A stretch of 64,000 bases of DNA from an uncultured Bacteroidota bacterium (GCA_964415295.1 CAYPYN010000002.1:24485-88484); one strand, 5' to 3'; shown: positions 28,757 to 38,868, counted from the stretch's first letter. Program-made: numbers and translations. The notes: a model not told the origin generated them from the sequence alone.

Positions 28757-31255
28757 ATGAGAGTATTTTGTGTTTTGATCGCCGGAGGTCTGTTGCATCT
28801 CAGCCTCCTGCTGACGCCGCTTCATGCGCAGATCAGCTCCAATCCCAACGCCGCCGAGATCCAGGCCGCCATAAAAAGACTGAACGTGGTTGGAAACGTG
28901 CTTTATGTGGCCGCGCATCCCGACGATGAGAATACCGCCGTGCTGGCCTATTATGCCAACCACCGGTATTTCCGAACGGGTTATCTGGCGCTCACCCGCG
29001 GCGACGGCGGACAGAACCTGATCGGAAGCGAGCAAGGCGAATATCTGGGGGTCATCCGTACACAGGAATTGTTAGCGGCGCGCCGAATAGACGGTGCGGA
29101 GCAGTTTTTCTCCAGAGCTATAGATTTTGGGTATACGAAATCACCACAGGAGACATTCAACTTCTGGGACAGACAGAAGGTTCTATCCGACGTCGTTTGG
29201 GTCATAAGGAATTTCAAACCGGATGTGATCATCACACGTTTTCCATCAACCGGCGAAGGCGGCCACGGACAGCATACGGCCTCGGCGATACTGGCGCAGG
29301 AAGCTTTCTCCAAGGCCGGTGATTCGACCCAATTTCCCGAACAGCTTAAATACGTTAATAGCTGGCAGCCTAAAAGGATCTATTGGAACGCCTGGCTGCC
29401 AATCCTGCAGGAGCGCAAAGCGGATCTTTCCAAACTCGGCCGTATCGACGTCGGCGATTATGATCCGCTGCTTGGTAAATCCTACACGGAATTGGCCGCC
29501 GAAGGCCGCAGTATGCACAAAAGTCAGGGATTCGGTGTGAGCGGCCAGCGCGCAGAAAATATAAATTATTTCGATCTCACCAAGGGTGAACCGGCCGGGC
29601 AGGATCTTTTTGAAGGGATCGATGTGAGTTGGAATCGCATCAAAGGCGGCGAGCAGATCGGACCCATGATCGAAGATATTCATAAAACTTTTAATCCCGA
29701 AGATCCGTCCGCATCCATTCCAAAATTGCTCATCGTCTATAAGGAAATCAAGAAACGGCCTTCCAGCGTTTGGGTCGACCGAAAACTTGAAGAAGTTACA
29801 CACATTATCCGATGGTGCGCCGGATTGTGGATGGAGGCGATCACCGACGACCATTCCGCTTCGCCCGGAAGCGCCGTAAAATTAACAGCCGCGATGGTCA
29901 ACCGTTCTTCTTTCCCGCTCAAACTTGAAAGGATCCATTTACCATTTGGAACGAAAGACACCTTAGGTTCCGTAGAACTAAAGAAGGGCAAACTTGTGCG
30001 TTCGGCTGCCGCTATTAACATCCCCGATGACGCGCCGCTCTCTCAGCCTTATTGGCTCAATAAACAACCAGGCCGCGGCATGTTCGACGTTGACGACCAA
30101 AATCTGATTGGAATGCCTGAGAATAAGCCGGCTCTCAGCGCAGAGTTCGTGATAAAGATAAACGGAGAAACGATCACCTTCACGGTTCCGGCGCTTTATA
30201 GATGGACGGATCCCGTCAAGGGAGAATTGTATCGTCCTTTCTCGGTCATACCGACGGTGGCGATCAATCTGGACGAAAAAGTCTACCTTTTCCCGAACAA
30301 AAACCCCAAAACGATCACGCTGACCCTTAAGAGCGGGATAAATAACGCGGCTGGAGAGCTAAGACTTAAACTGCCCGACGGATGGCGTTCCTCTCCCGAA
30401 AAGAGCGTATTTAACCTTGCCAACAAATACGACGAATCAAAGATCACTTTTTCGATCGAGCCTCCCGCATCCGCATCCGAGGGTTTTTTCACGGTTGAAG
30501 CTTTGGTAAACGGCAGGACATACTCCCGCAGTTTACAGACCATTTCATACGACCATATTCCCACGCAGGTTCTGTTCCCGGAAACCAAAGCGAAATTAGT
30601 TCGCCTTGACATCACATCCCGCGCACAAAACATCGGATACATCATGGGTTCCGGAGACCTCATACCGGAGTATTTGACCCAGGCCGGATTGCGCGTTACC
30701 TTGCTGAGCGACGATGATCTGGAAAAAGGAGAGTTCGGCCAATACGACGCGATCATTGCCGGAATACGCGCGTACAATACGCGGAACCGTCTCAAGTTTG
30801 CTCAGGAAAAACTATTAAAATACATCGAAAATGGCGGTACGTTGATCGTACAGTACAATACAGCCCGCGGTCTTGTTACCGATAACATAGGGCCTTATCC
30901 GTTTAAGATATCCAGCGACCGCGTAACCGAAGAAGATGCGGCGGTAAAGGTTACGACGCCGGGCCATACCCTGGTAAGATTTCCCAATACGATCAGTGAA
31001 TCCGATTTCGCGGGATGGGTGCAGGAACGCGGATTGTACTTTGCGAATACCTGGGACCCGAAATATGAGACCGTCTTTGCATCGCACGACAACGGCGAAC
31101 AGGATATGATGGGCGGAACGCTCTTTGGACGCTATGGGAAAGGGGTCTTCATTTATACGGGATATTCATGGTTCCGCCAGTTACCGGCCGGAATCCCGGG
31201 GGCTTACAGGCTCTTCCTGAATATGATCTCGTCGGGCAGGAATACGAATAAGTAA
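28757..31255 (+). CDS. PIG-L/LmbE family deacetylase with C-terminal ThuA/GATase1-like domain
   Basis: ATG at 28757; signal peptide; LmbE-type motifs (AAHPDDE, GGHGQH); C-terminal region resembling ThuA-like domain (YDAIIAGIRAYNTR..., GGTLIVQYN). Confidence 0.55.
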   Translation: MRVFCVLIAGGLLHLSLLLTPLHAQISSNPNAAEIQAAIKRLNVVGNVLYVAAHPDDENTAVLAYYANHRYFRTGYLALTRGDGGQNLIGSEQGEYLGVIRTQELLAARRIDGAEQFFSRAIDFGYTKSPQETFNFWDRQKVLSDVVWVIRNFKPDVIITRFPSTGEGGHGQHTASAILAQEAFSKAGDSTQFPEQLKYVNSWQPKRIYWNAWLPILQERKADLSKLGRIDVGDYDPLLGKSYTELAAEGRSMHKSQGFGVSGQRAENINYFDLTKGEPAGQDLFEGIDVSWNRIKGGEQIGPMIEDIHKTFNPEDPSASIPKLLIVYKEIKKRPSSVWVDRKLEEVTHIIRWCAGLWMEAITDDHSASPGSAVKLTAAMVNRSSFPLKLERIHLPFGTKDTLGSVELKKGKLVRSAAAINIPDDAPLSQPYWLNKQPGRGMFDVDDQNLIGMPENKPALSAEFVIKINGETITFTVPALYRWTDPVKGELYRPFSVIPTVAINLDEKVYLFPNKNPKTITLTLKSGINNAAGELRLKLPDGWRSSPEKSVFNLANKYDESKITFSIEPPASASEGFFTVEALVNGRTYSRSLQTISYDHIPTQVLFPETKAKLVRLDITSRAQNIGYIMGSGDLIPEYLTQAGLRVTLLSDDDLEKGEFGQYDAIIAGIRAYNTRNRLKFAQEKLLKYIENGGTLIVQYNTARGLVTDNIGPYPFKISSDRVTEEDAAVKVTTPGHTLVRFPNTISESDFAGWVQERGLYFANTWDPKYETVFASHDNGEQDMMGGTLFGRYGKGVFIYTGYSWFRQLPAGIPGAYRLFLNMISSGRNTNK

Positions 31256-31262
31256 AAAAAAA

Positions 31263-31294
31263 AGAGCCTGTGAGGAAGGAATCTCACAGGCTCT
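31263..31294. terminator. Bidirectional terminator between convergent genes
   Basis: 12-bp perfect stem AGAGCCTGTGAG / CTCACAGGCTCT flanked by A-run upstream (AAAAAAAAAA) and T-rich run downstream (TCTTGTCTTTT). Confidence 0.7.
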
Positions 31295-31318
31295 TCTTGT
31301 CTTTTCCTAATACGGCCG

Positions 31319-32413
31319 TTATTTATTTTCATTCAGTTTCTTCAAAATATCTTCGATACGCTTCTTATTGGCATCATCTTTGACCATCTTCAGCGCTTTG
31401 TTATAATTGTCTATGCCGCCTTTTTTATCCCCGCTCTGAGCCAACGCTTCCCCCAAACTATCATACACGTTCCATGACTCCGGATGTTTTTTGACATTCA
31501 GTTTGAAAACATCGATCGCTTCTTTGATCTTGTTTTGTGCGATCAGATTGTAACCGTAGGTATTCAGGTCGGCTTCGTTAGCATTGTCGATCGCGGTCTT
31601 TCGCAGGGCTTCCGCTTCCTGAGCCTTACCTTGTTTTTCAAGAATAGCCGCTTTGGTAAATTGCGCTTGTGCGCCACCGTTGTAGGTCACAGCGCGTTCC
31701 GCCCAATAGGCGGCCTGGTCCAGTGCGATGTTGTTTTGCAGGCAGTAATTGGCTCCTCGCAGAAGAGCCTGACCGTTGAATGCATTCCGGTTACGCAATT
31801 GTTTCTTCAGATTCTCTACAACGATCGCCGGCGTGTCGAAGGAAATAGTAAAGGGTACTTTCATTTTTTCCCAACGAAGATAAGCCGAGGTCTGTTTCAT
31901 ATTTGAGTTGTCGAATCCGTAGCTCAGGCGCTCCTGCAATTCACTTACCGTCACCGGTTTAACATTCACCCGCAAAACATCTTCCGATTCTTCGTAGAAG
32001 AAATGGCCCCAGGAAGTGGAGTTCTTGCTGAAAATGATCGTCCACTGATCGGGCTGAACCAGCATAAAAAGCCCGTACGTCCCGGCGGCAATCGGTTTAC
32101 CTTCCACCTGCGCATCGTGCGAAAAAGTAATGGTCGTATTCTCATTGGCTCCGGCGCGCCACGGTGTGGGTTTCCCGTTGCCAAAAGGGCCGGCCGGTTC
32201 CCAGCCGAACGGAACCAGTTTTCCCCAGACCTCGCGGCCGTTGATACCCGGACTGTGGTAACTGATGGTAACTTTGGAAATTCCGACTTCCTGCATGATC
32301 ATCGCGGCCGGACTCGCGTCAGGCATGATGAGAAGTTCCTGAGCATAAGCGGCTGAAAAATTCAGTAGGACCGCCAATAAGGCGGTAAAAGCTGATCGTT
32401 GTATGTTCTTCAT
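31319..32413 (-). CDS. DUF2911 domain protein with C-terminal TPR-like extension (paralog 1)
   Basis: ATG at 32413 preceded by GAAGGAG; signal peptide; core shared with the two neighbours (GREVWGKLVPF, WRAGANENTTITF, AAGTYGL); C-terminal helical TPR-like repeats. Confidence 0.55.
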   Translation of the reverse strand: MKNIQRSAFTALLAVLLNFSAAYAQELLIMPDASPAAMIMQEVGISKVTISYHSPGINGREVWGKLVPFGWEPAGPFGNGKPTPWRAGANENTTITFSHDAQVEGKPIAAGTYGLFMLVQPDQWTIIFSKNSTSWGHFFYEESEDVLRVNVKPVTVSELQERLSYGFDNSNMKQTSAYLRWEKMKVPFTISFDTPAIVVENLKKQLRNRNAFNGQALLRGANYCLQNNIALDQAAYWAERAVTYNGGAQAQFTKAAILEKQGKAQEAEALRKTAIDNANEADLNTYGYNLIAQNKIKEAIDVFKLNVKKHPESWNVYDSLGEALAQSGDKKGGIDNYNKALKMVKDDANKKRIEDILKKLNENK

Positions 32414-32478
32414 AGATCCTCCTTCAGGATAAATAATGGAATACGTTAATTCAATGGATGAGATGTTCCCCATAGAGA

Positions 32479-33021
32479 CTACTTTGCATTTTCGACCTGG
32501 AATCCTACTTTTAGTTTTTCCCAAGTCAACGCAACAGAGGCTTTATTGTCACCGGATTTTGATACGGCAAAGGATAGGCTTTCCTGGAATTCGTTCGGCT
32601 GCGGTTTGACCGTGATCCGAAGCGCGTCATTTTCCTGTTTATAGCTGAAACTGCCCCAGGCCTTAGAATCGTTGCTGAATATGATGATCCATTCGTTCTT
32701 AGACGGAATTGAATGCAGACCGTATGTGCCGGCCGCCAGTTTTTTTCCGTCGATCAAAACATCTTTGGAGAAGCTGACGGTGGTATTCTCGTTGGCCCCC
32801 GTGCGCCAGACCTTATTGTAAGGCACCAGTCCGCCCCAAATCTCACGGCCTTTGACCGATGGACTGGAATAGCTGACGGTGATCGTATTGCCGTCCAGCG
32901 ACAGCGAAGCCGTTGCCGGCGGACTGGGACGAGCGGATTTGTCCTGTCCGCGAACCTCAGGTGACAGAGAGACCAGGCAACAAACAAACATAAGCCAGGT
33001 TTTCAGTTCGGTGATTTTCAT
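32479..33021 (-). CDS. DUF2911 domain protein (paralog 2, core only)
   Basis: ATG at 33021 preceded by GGAGGA; signal peptide; same core motifs (GREIWGGLVPYNKVWRTGANENTTVSF, AAGTYGL). Confidence 0.55.
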   Translation of the reverse strand: MKITELKTWLMFVCCLVSLSPEVRGQDKSARPSPPATASLSLDGNTITVSYSSPSVKGREIWGGLVPYNKVWRTGANENTTVSFSKDVLIDGKKLAAGTYGLHSIPSKNEWIIIFSNDSKAWGSFSYKQENDALRITVKPQPNEFQESLSFAVSKSGDNKASVALTWEKLKVGFQVENAK

Positions 33022-33178
33022 GATTCCTCCTCATGGTGTTAGTTCAAAACTAAGAATGGTCATAAGAATTGACTGGATATCGGACGGCAGAATCTACGCC
33101 TCGATGATTCAATTTGTTGCAAAAAAAAAGCATACATCCTCTCGAATGTATGCTTTTGACCCGTTTGGGTTATGAAAA

Positions 33179-34009
33179 TTACTTCTTTTTCTTCCACTCC
33201 GCGAGCGTTTCTTCGGTTTGTTTCAGGTTAAACGGCGGTTCCGGCTGAGCTTTACCGTATTGGACCGCTTTTTCCATCAGCTTGATCGCGTCCGGCATCT
33301 TGTTGAATTTGGCCAATAGAAGCGCCTTGACCCGCGTATTGCCATAGTTTTCCTTGATCGCTATGGAAATGTCGATCCATTTCATCGCTTCGTCCAGATT
33401 AATGTCATTTTCGAGGCAATAATTCGCAGCCTGCATGGCGGCTTGCGGGCCGATCGCAGAACGGGCTTTGGCCAGAACAAGCGCCTGTGTTTCTACCTCA
33501 ACTTTGAACGCAATTTTCAATTTTTCCCACTGAAGAACAACCATTGTCGAATTATCGGTTACGTCCGCAAACGAGAATTCCATACGTTCGGTCATTTCTG
33601 ACGACTGCGGTTTCACCTTGAACCGAAGCGCGTCGTTCTCGGGTTTATAATTGAAAGCGCCCCAGAGTTTAGCATCTTTACTCAGGATCACGGTCCATTC
33701 GTCTGTTCCGGGAATTGTCTGAAATCCATAGACGCCGGGTGCCAGTTTAGTCCCTTCCACTTTCACCGTGTCTCCGAAGGTAATGGTCGTATTTTCATTG
33801 GCGCCCGTCCGCCAGACTTCGTTGAACGGCACCAGTTTGCCCCAGATCTCACGGCCTTTGACACCGGGCCGGGAATAGGCGATCGATATGTCTGTGATAC
33901 CCACCGTCTGGACAACTGTGGCCTTGGGGCTTGAACGCGGAATGGCTACCTGCGCCTCTAAAGATGAAACATAAAAAACAGCCAAAAGTAACATGAACAG
34001 GTTTTTCAT
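33179..34009 (-). CDS. DUF2911 domain protein with C-terminal helical extension (paralog 3)
   Basis: ATG at 34009; signal peptide (MKNLFMLLLAVFYVSSLEA); same core motifs (GREIWGKLVPFNEVWRTGANENTTITF). Confidence 0.55.
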   Translation of the reverse strand: MKNLFMLLLAVFYVSSLEAQVAIPRSSPKATVVQTVGITDISIAYSRPGVKGREIWGKLVPFNEVWRTGANENTTITFGDTVKVEGTKLAPGVYGFQTIPGTDEWTVILSKDAKLWGAFNYKPENDALRFKVKPQSSEMTERMEFSFADVTDNSTMVVLQWEKLKIAFKVEVETQALVLAKARSAIGPQAAMQAANYCLENDINLDEAMKWIDISIAIKENYGNTRVKALLLAKFNKMPDAIKLMEKAVQYGKAQPEPPFNLKQTEETLAEWKKKK

Positions 34010-34151
34010 GATACGTCTCCTTATGGTTATGTGAATGGCAATTGTGATCCGGGAATGGCTTATTGTAAGAAAACTTTTTCGAAAAGACAACTTTTTTGCT
34101 GTCTTTACTGAATAAATTGTAGTAAAATTTATTTGAATTAACTTCCACACA

Positions 34152-34850
34152 ATGACGGGTCGTATGCGGTCAGCTTTGGTTGTTGGTGCGAGCGGACTTA
34201 TTGGACGCCATCTCTTGGACGCTCTGCTAGGCGATGAGTCCTATTCCAGAATTACGGTTCTTGTAAGGAAGTCTTTGCCGCTTCAGCACACCAAACTTCA
34301 GCAACAAATCGTGGATTTTGAGCAACTCGAATATCACGCGCATACGATCAAAGCGGATGATGTCTTTTGCTGCCTTGGCACGACGATCAAACAGGCCGGT
34401 TCTCAGGATAAATTCTACCAAGTTGATTTCACTTACCCCTATACCATTGCCTCGATCGCTTCGCGGAACGGTTCGGGACAATTCCTCATAGTAACGGCAT
34501 TGGGAGCGTCGGCGAAGTCAGGGATCTTTTACAATCGTGTGAAAGGCACTATCGAAGAAGCCGTGGCGGGTTTGAAGTTTAGATCGATACACATGTTCCG
34601 TCCGTCGCTTTTGCTGGGTAACCGCGGCGAATTCCGGCTTGGAGAGAAGATCGGCATGGTACTTTTCCGGTCGCTCTCATTTATTATGATCGGACGGTGG
34701 AGAAAATACCGCGCCATTCAGGCTTCCGTGGTGGCGCAGGCCATGGTGACCATGGCGAAACTCGATCTGCAGGGCCATCGGACGTACGAATCCGATGTGA
34801 TCCAGGCGATCTATGATGAAAAAAAGAAGACCAACCGCAAAGAACACTAA
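34152..34850 (+). CDS. NAD(P)-binding Rossmann-fold oxidoreductase (HTATIP2/semialdehyde-dehydrogenase-like)
   Basis: N-terminal dinucleotide-binding motif VVGASGLIGRHL. Confidence 0.5.
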   Translation: MTGRMRSALVVGASGLIGRHLLDALLGDESYSRITVLVRKSLPLQHTKLQQQIVDFEQLEYHAHTIKADDVFCCLGTTIKQAGSQDKFYQVDFTYPYTIASIASRNGSGQFLIVTALGASAKSGIFYNRVKGTIEEAVAGLKFRSIHMFRPSLLLGNRGEFRLGEKIGMVLFRSLSFIMIGRWRKYRAIQASVVAQAMVTMAKLDLQGHRTYESDVIQAIYDEKKKTNRKEH

Positions 34851-34944
34851 GAAAATTACACAAAGCACACAAAAATAATAAAACTAAACTTTGAGAAATC
34901 TTTGTGAGCTTTGTGGTTAATATTTACCAAGTCAAGGCCAATAA

Positions 34945-36333
34945 ATGAAAATACAATTCTGCGGCGCGGCAAAAAGCGTAACGGGTTCACAGCATCTGCT
35001 TTCCATCAACGGCAAGAAGCTCTTGCTCGATTGCGGCCTGTTCCAGGGTCACCGTGATGAGGCATTCAACCGGAACCGTAATTTCCCTTTCGACCCTGCG
35101 GAGATCGATGCTATGGTTCTTTCCCATGCGCACATCGATCATAGCGGCAATATCCCGAATCTGGTGGAAAAAGGGTTCAAAGGCAGCATTCACTGCACGA
35201 CTCCAACCGTGGATCTGTGCAAGGTCATGTTACAGGATTCCGCTTTTATACAGGAGCGAGACGTTGAGTTCATGAATAAGCGTCTGGCAAAGAAAGGCGA
35301 AATGCTCCGCGAGCCTCTCTACACGGTCAAACAGGCGCAGGCGTCGCTGGCGCAATTCAAAGGCATCGATTACGGCAAGACGTTCGAACCGATCCCGAAT
35401 GTCAAGGTCACATTTTTCAACGCCGGACATATGTTCGGCTCTGCTATGCTCCTTCTGGAGATCGTAGACAAAGGCAAGACATGGCGTGCCGGATTCACCG
35501 GCGACCTTGGACGTAAAAACCTGCCGATCATACAGGATCCGGATCAGATCACCTATCTTGACATCCTGATATCGGAAAGCACCTATGGGAACAAACTGCA
35601 CGATCCGGCTAAAGAGATCCAGGGCGACCTTGTGAGGGTGATCAAGGAAACCGTGGCCAAGAAAGGCAAGATCATCATTCCGGCTTTCAGTGTGGAGCGA
35701 ACGCAGGAGATCGTGTATCATCTCAACAAGCTGTATGAGAATAAGCTGGTCCCATCCATCCCGGTATTTGTTGACAGCCCGCTTGCAGTTAATGTGACCG
35801 ACGTTTTTACAAAATATCCGCGCTATTACGATGCGGAAGCGCAGTATCTTTTATCGCGGGATGATAATCCGTTCGTATTCACAGGACTCCGTTATATTTC
35901 CAAAGCGGACGATTCCAAAAAACTCAACGAGCTGAAAGAACCTTGCATCATCATTTCTGCATCCGGCATGTGCGAGGCAGGCCGCATTTTGCACCACCTG
36001 GCTAATAATATCGAGAATGCCAATAACACCATACTCATCGTCGGTTTTATGGCGGAGCATACGCTTGGACGTAAACTGGTTGACAAGGTCAGCCCGGTGA
36101 AAATATTCGGCGAAGAATATCAGGTCAATGCCCAAGTGGTCAAACTCAATTCATTCAGCGGACATGCGGACAAGAACGATCTGATGAATTTTGCCAAGAA
36201 GGTCGGCAAACAGGCTTCGGTTTTCCTCGTTCACGGTGAGGAACCGCAAAGCCAACCCTTTGCCGAGGCCTTGCGCGCGGATGGTTTCAAGAACGTAACC
36301 GTGCCGGATCTGTTGCAGAAGTTTGAATTCTGA
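34945..36333 (+). CDS. MBL-fold metallo-hydrolase, beta-CASP RNA-metabolising type
   Basis: Metallo-beta-lactamase motif HAHIDHSGN plus downstream beta-CASP-like His/Asp motifs; 462 aa. Confidence 0.6.
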   Translation: MKIQFCGAAKSVTGSQHLLSINGKKLLLDCGLFQGHRDEAFNRNRNFPFDPAEIDAMVLSHAHIDHSGNIPNLVEKGFKGSIHCTTPTVDLCKVMLQDSAFIQERDVEFMNKRLAKKGEMLREPLYTVKQAQASLAQFKGIDYGKTFEPIPNVKVTFFNAGHMFGSAMLLLEIVDKGKTWRAGFTGDLGRKNLPIIQDPDQITYLDILISESTYGNKLHDPAKEIQGDLVRVIKETVAKKGKIIIPAFSVERTQEIVYHLNKLYENKLVPSIPVFVDSPLAVNVTDVFTKYPRYYDAEAQYLLSRDDNPFVFTGLRYISKADDSKKLNELKEPCIIISASGMCEAGRILHHLANNIENANNTILIVGFMAEHTLGRKLVDKVSPVKIFGEEYQVNAQVVKLNSFSGHADKNDLMNFAKKVGKQASVFLVHGEEPQSQPFAEALRADGFKNVTVPDLLQKFEF

Positions 36334-36344
36334 TTTGTAATATT

Positions 36345-36362
36345 CCCCCTTAGAAAAGGGGG
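36345..36362. repeat. G5/C5 palindromic hairpin repeat, locus A
   Basis: CCCCCTTAGAAAAGGGGG hairpin; related ATCCCCCT segment 50 nt downstream (36411-36418); same motif family as 38787-38868. Confidence 0.6.
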
Positions 36363-36466
36363 TTATGAACGAACAAGAACAAGTGAGCGGGAGATAAAAC
36401 GGGGAGTACCATCCCCCTGACCAACTTTGTTAAGGAAATAAAACAGAAATAACAGGAGTACATACC

Positions 36467-37261
36467 ATGAGACATCTTTTGATCCTATTCCTCTTCGCAT
36501 TCATTTCCTGTACGACGATACACACGCAGACGACGAAACCGCTCCATCAATCGAAAAATTCCATTGCCGTCAATGCCATGCTCTGGCATCAGACGTCCGG
36601 TGAATACCGCGCGCTTTGTTATCAGGCATTCAATCTCGCGCAGCAACGCATCGATGAAGCGCTGAAGAACAAGACGGATAAGAAAATGGCCGTGATCGTG
36701 GACATCGATGAAACGATGCTGGATAACAGCCCTTACAATGCGAATCTCATATTCACAGACGGATCCTTCTCTCAATCCACCTGGAAAGCATGGACGCAAG
36801 GCGCCAACGCCATCCCTGTTCCTGGCGCCCTGGAATTCATGAAGTATGCCGTTTCCAAAGGTGTGGACGTGTTCTACATTTCGAATCGTAAACTGGAAGA
36901 AATGCCCGGTACCCTGGCCAATCTCATCAAATACGATTTCCCGCAGGCTGACTCCGCGCATATCCTGCTTCGCACGGAGCCGGGCGGCAAAGAAAAACGC
37001 CGGCTGAAAGTGGCCGAAACGCATGAGGTTATCTTGCTTTGCGGCGACAACCTGAATGATTTCACCGATATTTTTGAAAAGAAGAATATCGCGGAACGTT
37101 TCGAAGGCGTTGAAAAGCTGAAGGACCAATGGGGCAGAAAACTCATCGTTCTCCCCAATCCCATCTATGGAGACTGGGAAGAAGCGATTTATGATTATAA
37201 GTATTCCCATCCGGATAGCGTTAAAGACGCCAAACGGAAAGAAAATTTGCGGATCAAGTGA
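36467..37261 (+). CDS. 5'-nucleotidase / acid phosphatase, lipoprotein e(P4) family (HAD superfamily)
   Basis: ATG preceded by AACAGGAG; lipoprotein signal (LFLFAFISC); HAD motifs DIDETMLDN and GDNLNDF. Confidence 0.65.
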   Translation: MRHLLILFLFAFISCTTIHTQTTKPLHQSKNSIAVNAMLWHQTSGEYRALCYQAFNLAQQRIDEALKNKTDKKMAVIVDIDETMLDNSPYNANLIFTDGSFSQSTWKAWTQGANAIPVPGALEFMKYAVSKGVDVFYISNRKLEEMPGTLANLIKYDFPQADSAHILLRTEPGGKEKRRLKVAETHEVILLCGDNLNDFTDIFEKKNIAERFEGVEKLKDQWGRKLIVLPNPIYGDWEEAIYDYKYSHPDSVKDAKRKENLRIK

Positions 37262-37275
37262 CTATTAGGAATTGA

Positions 37276-37947
37276 TCAGTTTACGTTCTTGATGAATTCG
37301 TCGGTTCGAATGAGTTTCACCTTTCTCTCGGTGAATTCCTTGAACATTTGGTTCCGCAGTTCTTCATCACTGCCAACGACCGCATCCGTCATGATCACCA
37401 CTTCATACCCACGGTTTTGCGCCGCTTTGATGGTGGTATTTACGCAATAGGCCGCATCAAGTCCGACTATCGTAAGACGGCTGATACGTTCCTCCGTCAG
37501 GAACCGATCCAATTCCGGATTGCAGAAAGAATCTTCCTTGTCTTTCGTAAATACCGGTCCTGCAACCACCTTAAGCCGCTTGTCCAGAGCCGCCCCTACG
37601 CTCCCCTTTGCCATCGAATTATTGAGTAAATTGATGATCGGATCGGTGATCTCGCTGCGGATGTAGATGACCGGCATGCTGTCTTTCACAGCCTGATCGA
37701 TGACGTTGTTGATCGTCCCAATGAGACCGTCCGACATTTTGGCCAGGTTCTCATATTGCGACACGGTGCCTGTGGTACTCTCCTGGATGTCAATGACCAC
37801 CAAGGCCGCCTTTGGCGTTTCGTATTTTTCGATCGGTTTGCCTTCGGAAACCGCCTTGCCCCTATTCTCAAACAGAATCAGGTAGACAAAAAGAAATACG
37901 ACGATCAATACCAAGACGCCGAGTGTACTGAAAAATATTTTTTTCAT
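37276..37947 (-). CDS. Isochorismatase-family cysteine hydrolase, membrane-anchored
   Basis: N-terminal TM helix; isochorismatase-like core (ALVVIDIQ..., ...TIVGLDAAYCVNTT...). Confidence 0.55.
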   Translation of the reverse strand: MKKIFFSTLGVLVLIVVFLFVYLILFENRGKAVSEGKPIEKYETPKAALVVIDIQESTTGTVSQYENLAKMSDGLIGTINNVIDQAVKDSMPVIYIRSEITDPIINLLNNSMAKGSVGAALDKRLKVVAGPVFTKDKEDSFCNPELDRFLTEERISRLTIVGLDAAYCVNTTIKAAQNRGYEVVIMTDAVVGSDEELRNQMFKEFTERKVKLIRTDEFIKNVN

Positions 37948-37976
37948 GATGAAATCTCCGGATAAGTAATGGATCT

Positions 37977-38786
37977 TTACTCTCTCAAAAACTCGCGTAT
38001 GGAGCGCCAGTAAAAATCCGGATAAACGAATTCCAGGTTATTATGTCCGCCGCCGGGGATGGAGACGAATTTCTTCACGCCGGAATATTTTTCATACAGT
38101 TCTATCCCCAATCTTTGCGGGATCACTTCGTCCGCATCGCCGTGAATGACGAGCAGAGGGCATTTGACCTTGCCGATCTTATCCATGGATGGAAAGGGTT
38201 CACCCACAAGAAACAGTAAACCGCCCAATCCGTGCGCTTTGGCATATTCCGTTCCTGATGAGAGCGGCGTGATCAGCACGAGCTTCGCAATGTCCTGATC
38301 CTGTGCGGCATCAACGGCGACGGTCGTACCGATGGAACGGCCGTAAAGGATCACGTCGTTCATCCGGTAGCCGAGCTCCTGCGTAACATAACGCAGCGCC
38401 GTCCTTCCGTCGATATAGATCCCTTCTTCCGAAGGGCTTCCTTCGCTTCCGGCATAGCCTCTATAACTCACCACCAGTACATCATATCCCATTTCGAACA
38501 GTTTCGCCGCGCCGCTGATACGGTGATACATGTTTCCCGCATTGCCGTGAAAATAAACGATGATCTTCGAGCGGACCGTATCTTTCTTATCGGCAAAATA
38601 CAGCCCCTGGATCGTCAGACTATCGGAAGTTCGGATGTTGACCAATCGAATGTATTCCGGCAGGTCTTGTTGGGGTATGATCGTGCTCCTATCCGGATGA
38701 AAAGACATCCAGTTGACGAGTCCGTTGCAGGAGGAAAGGCAAAGCAGCGCGATCATTAAAGGCAGGACTATTGGCCATTCGCGCAA
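37977..38786 (-). CDS. Alpha/beta hydrolase (S9/BEM46-like), probable lipoprotein
   Basis: GxSxG nucleophile elbow (GRSIGTT), HGDADEV; likely TTG start at 38786 giving signal peptide with lipobox LSSC. The ORF-track start at 38888 runs through the palindromic repeat and is probably not coding. Confidence 0.55.
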   Translation of the reverse strand: MREWPIVLPLMIALLCLSSCNGLVNWMSFHPDRSTIIPQQDLPEYIRLVNIRTSDSLTIQGLYFADKKDTVRSKIIVYFHGNAGNMYHRISGAAKLFEMGYDVLVVSYRGYAGSEGSPSEEGIYIDGRTALRYVTQELGYRMNDVILYGRSIGTTVAVDAAQDQDIAKLVLITPLSSGTEYAKAHGLGGLLFLVGEPFPSMDKIGKVKCPLLVIHGDADEVIPQRLGIELYEKYSGVKKFVSIPGGGHNNLEFVYPDFYWRSIREFLRE

Positions 38787-38868
38787 TCCCCCTAACCCCC
38801 TTTGAAAGGGGGAATGGTCAGTACCGTATTTGTATTTGCCCCCCTTGAAAAGGGGGATATAGGGGGAT
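38787..38868. repeat. G5/C5 palindromic hairpin repeat, locus B (nested, two hairpins with inverted termini)
   Basis: ATCCCCCTAA - CCCCCTTTGAAAGGGGG - 25-nt spacer - CCCCCCTTGAAAAGGGGG - ATATAGGGGGAT; termini ATCCCCCT / AGGGGGAT are inverted repeats. Confidence 0.6.

Noticed and set aside
36345-38868. CRISPR array
   Set aside because: Only three hairpin copies of imperfect sequence, no regular repeat-spacer periodicity and no cas genes; classified as REP/MITE-like palindromic repeats.
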